Assembly (NCBI GenBank): GCA_017410065.1
Contig: JAFQRL010000032.1
Coordinates: 1,027-65,026 of the forward strand
DNA: 64,000 nucleotides
Origin: Clostridia bacterium
GTDB lineage: Bacteria; Bacillota; Clostridia; Oscillospirales; CAG-272
Direction: 5' to 3'
A model generated the notes under the pieces. The model ran no database searches and was not told the origin of the DNA. It saw only the letters and a program-made list of their open reading frames with translations. This document shows positions 44,770 through 51,793 of this stretch, piece by piece; positions within the stretch are counted from its first letter, which is position 1, and every line of letters starts with the position of its first letter. The position numbers were made by a program, and so were the translations under genes.

Positions 44770-46056
44770 TCAGATAGATTCAAGCGCCTCTCTCAGATCC
44801 TCAATAAGATCCTCTGCGCTTTCAATTCCGCAGGAATAGCGGATAAGATCGGGGGAAACACCCGCCGCCATAAGCTCCTCGTCGTTCATCTGACGGTGAG
44901 TTGCGCTTGCGGGGTGCAAGCAACAGGTGCGCGCATCGGCAACGTGGGTCTCGATCGCGCCAAGCTTCAAATTCTTCATAAACTTTTCAGCCGCCGCTCT
45001 GCCGCCCTTCACGCCGAAGGAAACAACGCCGCAGGAGCCGTCGGGAAGATATTTCGATGCAAGCTCGTAATATTCGTCACCCTCAAGGTTAGGATATTTT
45101 ACCCAGGTTACGTTGGGGTGAGACTTAAGGAATTTCGCAACCGCAAGACCGTTCTCGCAATGCCTCTGCATACGAACGTGAAGGCTCTCAAGTCCGAGCC
45201 CGAGAAGGAACGCCGACTGAGGCGACTGCGTGCAGCCGAAGTCACGCATCAGCTGCGCGGTAGCCTTGGTGATATACGCGCCCGCAAGACCGAATCTCTC
45301 GTAGTAATTAACGCCGTGGTAGCTTTCGTCGGGAGTGCAAAGGCAATCAAACTTGCCCGACTTCGCCCAGTCGAACTTACCCGAATCAACGATACATCCG
45401 CCAACCGCACTTCCGTGACCGTCCATATACTTGGTGGTGGAATGTGTGACGATGTCCGCGCCCCACTCGAAGGGACGGCAGTTAATGGGAGTTGCGAAGG
45501 TATTATCTATGATAAGCGGAACTCCGTGCTCGTGTGCCACCTTGGCAAAAAGCTCAATATCAAGCACCGTGAGTGCGGGGTTTGCGATGGTCTCGCCGAA
45601 GACCGCCTTGGTATTCTCTCTCATTGCGGCGCGAAGCTCATCCTCGGTCGCCTTTGGAGAAACAAAGGTGAACTCAACGCCCATTCGCTTCATCGTAACC
45701 GCAAAGAGATTATAGGTGCCGCCGTAGATCGCGCTGGAGGCAACCACGTGGTCGCCCGCCGATGCAATATTGAATATCGCAAAGAAGTTTGCCGCCTGAC
45801 CCGAGGAGGTAAGCATAGCCGCCGTGCCGCCCTCAAGCTCGCAGATGCGCGCCGCGACCGTGTCGCAGGTGGGGTTCTGAAGCCTTGAATAGAAATAGCC
45901 CGATGCCTCAAGGTCGAAAAGCTTTCCCATATCCTCGCTTGTGCCGTATTTGAAGGTGGTGCTCTGAATGATCGGTATCTGCCTCGGCTCACCGCTGGCA
46001 GGCGAATAGCCGCCCTGCACGCACTTGGTTTCAATTCTTAAATTTTTCTTTTCCAT
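44770..46056 (-). CDS. metY: O-acetylhomoserine sulfhydrylase (PLP-dependent)
   Basis: QSTTFKY, YSRLQNPT and HSTTKYMDGHG (PLP lysine motif) are typical of MetY/CysD. Confidence 0.9.
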   Translation of the reverse strand: MEKKNLRIETKCVQGGYSPASGEPRQIPIIQSTTFKYGTSEDMGKLFDLEASGYFYSRLQNPTCDTVAARICELEGGTAAMLTSSGQAANFFAIFNIASAGDHVVASSAIYGGTYNLFAVTMKRMGVEFTFVSPKATEDELRAAMRENTKAVFGETIANPALTVLDIELFAKVAHEHGVPLIIDNTFATPINCRPFEWGADIVTHSTTKYMDGHGSAVGGCIVDSGKFDWAKSGKFDCLCTPDESYHGVNYYERFGLAGAYITKATAQLMRDFGCTQSPQSAFLLGLGLESLHVRMQRHCENGLAVAKFLKSHPNVTWVKYPNLEGDEYYELASKYLPDGSCGVVSFGVKGGRAAAEKFMKNLKLGAIETHVADARTCCLHPASATHRQMNDEELMAAGVSPDLIRYSCGIESAEDLIEDLREALESI

Positions 46057-46095
46057 ATTAATCTATCCTTTCTCGATATAGAGATTATTTATCAT

Positions 46096-46346
46096 AAAAA
46101 CAAAAAGGGCGTGCGTCTCCGATCAAAACCATTGAGACGAACGACCTGTCCGCGGTACCACTCAAATTGCGCAAATGCGCCCCTCAAGGCTCAAATAAGC
46201 CTCGCGCCTCTAACGCTGCGCCTGCGTGCCGCCCTAACCCAAAGGCTCGGAGGACCTGCTCGGGAGCCATAGGATATCCGACACCGTGCCACCGCCTCAC
46301 ACCACACGCGGCTCTCTGAAAGCACCCCTTCGGTTCCCTCTCCGTC
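46096..46346 (-). promoter_or_regulatory. T-box leader (Met specifier AUG) with intrinsic terminator
   Basis: The minus strand carries the AGAGA stem I element and the specifier context ccuAUGgcuccc (CAT at 46268-46270). It also carries the T-box sequence UUGAGUGGUACCGCGG (46150-46168). A terminator helix follows, ending in UUUUUGUUUUU (46096-46106). Confidence 0.8.
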
Positions 46347-46385
46347 ATTGCATTTATTATTGACGGAAGCTTTCCCGTCTAGTAA

Positions 46386-46414
46386 ATTTTATCATACAGC
46401 GAGCCTTTTGTCAA
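46386..46414 (-). promoter_or_regulatory. Sigma-A promoter for the T-box-metY-metA unit
   Basis: The minus strand reads TTGACA, 17-nt spacer, TGaTAAAAT. Confidence 0.75.
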
Positions 46415-46605
46415 GGAGTTTTCAAAAATAAATTTCTCCCTCCGACAGGAAAGAAGAAAACGCGCTTTGCTCAAAATACACAAAAAGCCAAAAAAGGTTA
46501 AAATCTTTTTTATACCTTTCCGTATTTTGGTTGTACCTTTACTTGGCATAATCAGGCTTTTGTATTTTTTCATTGGTAATAATAGACAAAATTCACTTCG
46601 CTATC

Positions 46606-46634
46606 TAGACATTTTGAATAAAATATGCTATAAT
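46606..46634 (+). promoter_or_regulatory. Sigma-A promoter (TAGACA-17-TGcTATAAT)
   Basis: Lies about 70 nt upstream of the small ORF at 46705. Confidence 0.6.
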
Positions 46635-46704
46635 ATTTACACGGAATTTTAGCAAGGTGTAGAATTTCAAACATTTTTGCATCACCTCACAGAAAGGAGA
46701 AGGT

Positions 46705-46842
46705 ATGAAGCAAGAAAAGAAAAAAGAACTTTACGAGGAGGCGAAGTCAGAGCTCGTTGAGCTCGACCCCAAAGACGTCATTGCAACCTCTGAAGCCACC
46801 CTTGATCCCGACGGCAACTACGACGACAAGGCGTGGACCTAA
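46705..46842 (+). CDS. Small acidic protein, 45 aa (absent from the ORF track, below its length cutoff)
   Basis: aaaggaga RBS 7 nt upstream of the ATG. Encodes MKQEKKKELYEEAKSELVELDPKDVIATSEATLDPDGNYDDKAWT*. Ends 30 nt before the next gene. Confidence 0.55.
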   Translation: MKQEKKKELYEEAKSELVELDPKDVIATSEATLDPDGNYDDKAWT

Positions 46843-46872
46843 AAAAGATAATATACGAAAGGAATTAATACT

Positions 46873-48963
46873 ATGAAAAGAACACCATCTAAACTCGTTG
46901 CACTCCTGCTCGCTCTCGTTCTTTGCATATCCGCTGTTTGCGTCACAGCATTTGCATCCGAGGATGTCGGCGAGGGCGAGGCAGCGCAGCCCAAAATCAT
47001 CAGCCAGAACGTAATGTACGGCGGCAACTTCTCGCTTATGTTTGCCGTTGACGCCTCCACCTGCTCCGGCGACACCGTTACTCTTAAGGTATACGATGCC
47101 GAGCCCACGGCAGACGCCACCCCCGTATGGTCGAGCACTATGAGCACCGCGGCGGATACCACCGCAATAAACGGTATAGAGTGCTTCACTTTCACCACCC
47201 CCGGCGTTGCGGCAAAGTATATGGATAAGAATTACTATATCACCGCCACCTCCGCAGGCGTTGTGAGCGAGGTTAAGAAATACTCTGTTGCAGAGTACCT
47301 CTACGAAAGACTTTACGGCAACGAGGTTGCCTTCGGCACCTCCGCGCTTGAGCTTGCTCAGGCAAAGCTTTATTTCTCAACTCTTGAGTTTGGCAAAAAT
47401 GCTCAGGACCTCCTCTTCAACTACGACGAGGATACCACAAACGACAGAACCACCTTCGTCACCGACCTTTGCTACGTTACCATCAATTCTAAAAACGGCA
47501 TCAAGGGAACGCTCAACGATGGCAAAACCGCTCTCCTTGTTAATAAGGGCGACTTCATCTCGGTTGGCTCTGCAACCGTTAAATTCAACGGCAAGGAGTG
47601 GGAAGCAGGCGAGTTTGCAGTGCAAAGCATATCGGGCTCGGATATAATCTCCACCGAGACACTCACCGAGAACACGATCGTTGCAAACAGCCACCTTATC
47701 ATCGACCCCACCCGCTTCTTCTCGGTATCCGCCGAGCCCGAGGCTGAAACCTTCGATGATATGACTTCGATCAACAATAGTATTTATACCTCTCAGAATG
47801 TGACCTCTATGGAGCTTGCGGACGTTGACGGTGACACAAAGCTTAAATATACCTTTGCTTCCACCAACACCTCAAACCACTATGCATATTTCAAGCTCGG
47901 CTCAACCTCTACCAACGCAAAGATGGTGGTTTGGGAAGCCGATGTCGATTTTGATAATATGTATAAAGATGGTCAAGCCGCAGGTGCTAACGTCGGCAAC
48001 GCCGTTCGTATCACTATTGGTGCAATTGCGTTCAATATCAACGTAAACACAACCGGTCTCACCTGCTACGATGGTCCCGATAACTGGTACGCAACCATTT
48101 CCGATAATACAGACCACAAGGCTCACATTAGAATTGAATACTTTGAGACCACCGACTCAAGCGGCGCTGCCGTATTCGACACCAACTTCTATGTTGACGG
48201 CACGCTTTGCGAGGCGGCATCTGCTAAAAAGTACAAGGCATACACCGCAAGCAGCTCGGTTGACAACGTAACTCAGGTCTCGGTTTCCTCCGATTACAAC
48301 ATCAGCGGTGAGTATTACTTCGATAACGTTAAGTTATTCAAGACCTACGAGCCCGAAGAGCTTCTCCTTAACGAATACTACACCTTCGAGGGTGAAACCG
48401 CGGTTGACTCCTCCAAAATTTACGCAACTACACTTGCCGCCCTTTCAATCGTCGATGGCGCTGAAGGTAACGCTATGAAATTCGCTCTCGGCACATCGGC
48501 TCAGGAAAGAGTTTCCTTCTACCCCCTCACCACAGAGGAAAACGCAAATAAGGCTATCTTTGAATTTACCTTCACCGATCATTTTGCAACCTCAACCGCA
48601 TCGAATTCAACTGTGCTCACCTTCTATGCAGGAACTGAAAAGGTATACGACTTCCGCCTTAACAACGGTAAGCTTCTCACCGCAGATAGCAACAGTATAA
48701 GCTGGGGCTTGCAATTCACTCCCGGCAATACCTACACCCTTCGCTTTGAGCTCTGGATGGACGGTACAACCCTTGAGGTTAACGTTTGGTGCAACGGTGT
48801 GCAAGTTAAGAGACCCTCGAATTACGGAAGCAATGTAACCGGCAGAAGCGAGGACCTCATAGACGGAATCACCAAGCTTGAATGGCTCGACGGTAGCACA
48901 GGTAGCACAGGCTACTATATCGTTGATAACGTTCGCTTCACAAAGCTCAATACAAACGACTGA
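46873..48963 (+). CDS. Secreted protein of unknown function (696 aa)
   Basis: Cleavable signal peptide (LLLALVLCISAVCVTAFASE). Thr/Ser/Asn-rich with a beta-rich composition. I recognise no catalytic motif. Confidence 0.8.
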   Translation: MKRTPSKLVALLLALVLCISAVCVTAFASEDVGEGEAAQPKIISQNVMYGGNFSLMFAVDASTCSGDTVTLKVYDAEPTADATPVWSSTMSTAADTTAINGIECFTFTTPGVAAKYMDKNYYITATSAGVVSEVKKYSVAEYLYERLYGNEVAFGTSALELAQAKLYFSTLEFGKNAQDLLFNYDEDTTNDRTTFVTDLCYVTINSKNGIKGTLNDGKTALLVNKGDFISVGSATVKFNGKEWEAGEFAVQSISGSDIISTETLTENTIVANSHLIIDPTRFFSVSAEPEAETFDDMTSINNSIYTSQNVTSMELADVDGDTKLKYTFASTNTSNHYAYFKLGSTSTNAKMVVWEADVDFDNMYKDGQAAGANVGNAVRITIGAIAFNINVNTTGLTCYDGPDNWYATISDNTDHKAHIRIEYFETTDSSGAAVFDTNFYVDGTLCEAASAKKYKAYTASSSVDNVTQVSVSSDYNISGEYYFDNVKLFKTYEPEELLLNEYYTFEGETAVDSSKIYATTLAALSIVDGAEGNAMKFALGTSAQERVSFYPLTTEENANKAIFEFTFTDHFATSTASNSTVLTFYAGTEKVYDFRLNNGKLLTADSNSISWGLQFTPGNTYTLRFELWMDGTTLEVNVWCNGVQVKRPSNYGSNVTGRSEDLIDGITKLEWLDGSTGSTGYYIVDNVRFTKLNTND

Positions 48964-49064
48964 TTTATAATCAAGTCAAGCAATACGAAAAGGGCGAGCC
49001 CATAAGAGTGCCGCTCTAAAAGGCAGTTTTCAATTTAAGGAAACAGTACCTACCAACAGGAAAA

Positions 49065-49106
49065 AGGACAGAGAATGTTTTTACACTCTCTGTCCTCTTT
49101 TCTTTG
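49065..49106. terminator. Bidirectional terminator between convergent genes
   Basis: AGGACAGAGA..TCTCTGTCCT stem, with an A-tract upstream and CTTTTCTTTG downstream. Confidence 0.75.
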
Positions 49107-49162
49107 CAAGCACTGCATTTGCAGACACAAATGCATATAGTGAAAAATACCTTGATTTTAAA

Positions 49163-49198
49163 ATATTAAACCTTATATTTATATTAAACCTTATATTT
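49163..49198. repeat. Perfect 18-bp tandem duplication covering the stop codon of the Na/Pi gene
   Basis: atattaaaccttatattt x2 (49163-49180 and 49181-49198). The second unit contains the real stop (49184-49186) and the first a silent copy. Confidence 0.9.
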
Positions 49199-50962
49199 TT
49201 CGGAGAGCTCCGCATACTTTTTCTGATATGCCGCGCTGTCGTGCTTGATATCCGAAAGATATTTATGCATATCAAGGGCATCGTAGGAGGAGATCTCAAT
49301 AACGCAACCGCCGATGTTTGAGCAATGGTCGGAAACGCGCTCGAAGTTATTAAGAAGATCCGCAAGGATGAAGCCGTGCTCGATGGTGCACTGGCTCTTC
49401 TGGAGACGGATGATGTGGTTTGCCTTGATCTTATCCTTAAGGTCGTCGACCACCTGCTCAAGAGGCTCGATATCTGCGGCAAGCTCAACGTCGTTTTCCG
49501 CAAAGGCGATCTCCGCAAGCTTAAGGATATCGTAAACCGCCGCTCTCATAACCGAGAGCTCTGCCTGTGCTTCCTTGGAGAATTCAAACTTCTTATCTCT
49601 CATCTCCTCGGCGGATTCAACGATGTTTACCGCGTGGTCGGAAATGCGCTCAAAGTCTCCGATTATATGAAGAAGCTTGGTTATCTGCTTTGAGTCTCTT
49701 TGGTCGGGCTCGGCGGCAGAGATCTTAACGAGGTATGAGCCGAGGGCGTCCTCGTACATATCCGCCTTGTTTTCAAGCTCGCGGATACTGTCTGCAACCT
49801 TGGAATCGTAGTTCTCAAAGAGGGAGAGCGAATCGTAAAGCGCGCGGCAAGAGATGTCTGCCATAACCGCCGTGACCTCTGTTGCTCGCTCGACTGCAAC
49901 CGCGGGGGTCGCAAGGAGACGCTCGTCAAGAAGGTTTACGTGCTCCTCTGCCTCGCCCTTCTTGTCTCTGACCGTGAGGCAAGCGAGCTTGCCGAGCAGC
50001 TTATAGAAGGGAGCGATAGCCGCAACAGAAAGCATCTTGAATACCGTGTGGATAATTGCGATATCCCACATATTCGTGGTGAGATCCACAAGGCCGAGGG
50101 GGAATATTGCGTTGACGATATAGAATATGGAAAGCCAAAGAACAACGCCGATGATGTTGAAATAAAGGTGAACAATTGCGGCGCGCTTACCGTTTTTGTT
50201 TGCGCCGATGGATGAAAGGAGTGCGGTTACGCAGGTACCGATATTCTGACCCATAACGATGGGGATCGCCGCGCCGTAGGTAATAGCACCCGTAACGGTG
50301 AGCGACTGAAGAATACCGACAGACGCGGAGGAGGACTGAACGACGGCAGTGAGGATAAGACCCGCAAGCACACCGAGAATGGGGTTGCTTTCAAGGGCGG
50401 TGACTATCTCGCCGAAGCCTTGAGTGAAGGCAGGATCCTTGCTGAGTCCGCTGACCGCGCCCGACATAAAATCCATACCTGTCATAAGCACGGCAAAGCC
50501 GAGAAGAACCGTGCCGATGTCCTTCTTCTTGCCCCTCTTAACAAAGAGGATAAGGCAAATACCGATAAGCGCAAGTATGGGCATCCACGCATCGGGCTTA
50601 AGAAGCTCAACGATGCTGAGCGCGCCCTGTGCGCCGTCAATGCCCGCAAGAGCCGTGAGCCAAGCGGTGACAGCCGTACCGACGTTCGCACCCATAATAA
50701 CTCCGATAGCCTGGAGAAGGGTCATCGTACCCGAGTTTACAAAGCCGACCACCATAACCGTGGTTGCCGACGAGGACTGAATAACGCAGGTTACGATAAG
50801 TCCGAGAAGAAATCCCTTGAAGGGATTTGACGTCATTTTGCCAAGGGTTTTCTTTAGTCCCGAGCCCGCGCTCTTTTTAAGCGAATCGCCCATAACGTCC
50901 ATTCCGTAAAGGAACAGAGCAAGACCCAGCACAAGACCAAGCACCGAGGTTAAAATATCCAT
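49184..50962 (-). CDS. Na/Pi-cotransporter-family protein with C-terminal PhoU-like repeats
   Basis: Two NptA repeats (QSSSATTVM and QSSSASVGI) plus a C-terminal PhoU-like helical domain. Start set at MDIL (ATG 50962). Confidence 0.85.
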   Translation of the reverse strand: MDILTSVLGLVLGLALFLYGMDVMGDSLKKSAGSGLKKTLGKMTSNPFKGFLLGLIVTCVIQSSSATTVMVVGFVNSGTMTLLQAIGVIMGANVGTAVTAWLTALAGIDGAQGALSIVELLKPDAWMPILALIGICLILFVKRGKKKDIGTVLLGFAVLMTGMDFMSGAVSGLSKDPAFTQGFGEIVTALESNPILGVLAGLILTAVVQSSSASVGILQSLTVTGAITYGAAIPIVMGQNIGTCVTALLSSIGANKNGKRAAIVHLYFNIIGVVLWLSIFYIVNAIFPLGLVDLTTNMWDIAIIHTVFKMLSVAAIAPFYKLLGKLACLTVRDKKGEAEEHVNLLDERLLATPAVAVERATEVTAVMADISCRALYDSLSLFENYDSKVADSIRELENKADMYEDALGSYLVKISAAEPDQRDSKQITKLLHIIGDFERISDHAVNIVESAEEMRDKKFEFSKEAQAELSVMRAAVYDILKLAEIAFAENDVELAADIEPLEQVVDDLKDKIKANHIIRLQKSQCTIEHGFILADLLNNFERVSDHCSNIGGCVIEISSYDALDMHKYLSDIKHDSAAYQKKYAELSEKYKV

Positions 50963-51070
50963 AAAAGCACCTTTCTTTTTCTGCATAGACCGCTATGCAA
51001 TAGTTTATTTCCGAGCCCTCGCACCGCGAGAGCCTGTCCTTCGGTAATACTTTTGTTCATATCTTGTTTA

Positions 51071-51099
51071 ATTTTAACACATAACAGGCGATTTGTCAA
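51071..51099 (-). promoter_or_regulatory. Sigma-A promoter for the Na/Pi transporter (TTGACA-17-TGtTAAAAT)
   Basis: The minus strand reads TTGACAaatcgcctgttatgtgtTAAAAT. Confidence 0.7.
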
Positions 51100-51186
51100 G
51101 AAAATATTAAGCGTGCCGATAAGCTTCGGCAATATTCACAAAACCTCTATCGCAAGCCCCCAAGAGATAGTTTAATTTTTGCCAAA

Positions 51187-51292
51187 CATAACGCGGTGGC
51201 TTGATGCTCCCCGAGCATCAAGCAGTTATGATTGCCCAAAGGGCAAGTTATGAGTTATGAGATGCTCCGCATCGTTATGAACGGCAAAGCCG
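51187..51292. repeat. Array of GC hairpins separated by GTTATGA
   Basis: CTTGATGCTCcccGAGCATCAAG, TTGCCCaaaGGGCAA, GATGCtccGCATC and CGGCaaaGCCG. GTTATGA occurs at 51225, 51247, 51254 and 51274, with an inverted CATAAC at 51187. Confidence 0.85.
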
Positions 51293-51368
51293 CGTTTAAA
51301 CAACATATTTCGTCTGCTGCGCCACCCGTTTTCAAATAATTCAGAAACAGTCTCCAAACAAGCTCCAT
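51255..51368 (-). CDS. Hypothetical 37-aa ORF divergent from the XRE gene
   Basis: AAGGAG 6 nt before the ATG. Encodes MELVWRLFLNYLKTGGAADEICCLNAALPFITMRSIS*. Driven by the consensus promoter at 51414-51442. The 3' third overlaps the hairpin array, so coding status is uncertain. Confidence 0.35.
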   Translation of the reverse strand: MELVWRLFLNYLKTGGAADEICCLNAALPFITMRSIS

Positions 51369-51413
51369 AAAATTCTCCTTATGTATGGGGATTATATCCC
51401 CTTAATAAATAAG

Positions 51414-51442
51414 ATTATAACCCCCATAATATTAATTGTCAA
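51414..51442 (-). promoter_or_regulatory. Perfect consensus sigma-A promoter (TTGACA-17-TATAAT) firing away from the XRE gene
   Basis: The minus strand reads TTGACAattaatattatgggggtTATAAT. The -35 box lies 15 nt upstream of the XRE ATG on the opposite strand. The palindrome GGGGATataATCCCC follows at about +5 to +20. Confidence 0.75.
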
Positions 51443-51457
51443 GATGGAGGTTAAAAA

Positions 51458-51664
51458 ATGATTGTTTTTGATAAGCTTTGGGATACTATGAAAAGAAAAG
51501 GCTTCAGCACCTACAAGCTTCGCGAGGAGTGCGGAATTGATAGCAAGACCGTTCGAAGGCTGAAGGCTAACGACAACATTGAAAGCAAAACTCTGAACAA
51601 GCTTTGCGCAGCATTGGACTGCAAGATTGAGGATATTATGGAGTATATCCCAGACAAAGTCTAG
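51458..51664 (+). CDS. XRE/Cro-C1-type helix-turn-helix regulator (68 aa)
   Basis: KGFSTYKLREECGIDSKTVRRLKANDNIESKTLNKLCAALDCKIEDIMEY is a typical short HTH_XRE protein. ggagg RBS. Confidence 0.85.
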   Translation: MIVFDKLWDTMKRKGFSTYKLREECGIDSKTVRRLKANDNIESKTLNKLCAALDCKIEDIMEYIPDKV

Positions 51665-51696
51665 TAAGGTCTGCTTTCTGATAAAAACACCAAAAA

Positions 51697-51756
51697 TAAA
51701 AAATCAGAGCAACGGCGAAGGAGAATTTCCCTTTCGTTATTGCTCTGATTTTTTTA
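51697..51756. terminator. Bidirectional terminator (XRE / copA)
   Basis: aaaaaATCAGAGCAA..TTGCTCTGATttttttt. Confidence 0.75.
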
Positions 51757-51793
51757 CAACGCGCCTAGGGGCGCAATTCATTGCATTTTGGCA

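Noticed and set aside
44749-45888. 379-aa plus-strand ORF (similar cases at 13904-14710, 52964-53800, 42692-43270 and 54694-55323)
   Set aside because: All are antisense to genes with clear family motifs (metY, trmH, copA, the AraC regulator, the transglutaminase lipoprotein). They are Arg/Gly/Leu-rich and lack an RBS.
46057-46380. Expected SAM (S-box) riboswitch upstream of metY
   Set aside because: I found no S-box core (no GAGGGA..GCCC..GCAACC pattern). The leader instead carries the T-box sequence GGUACCGCGG and a specifier-type stem I.
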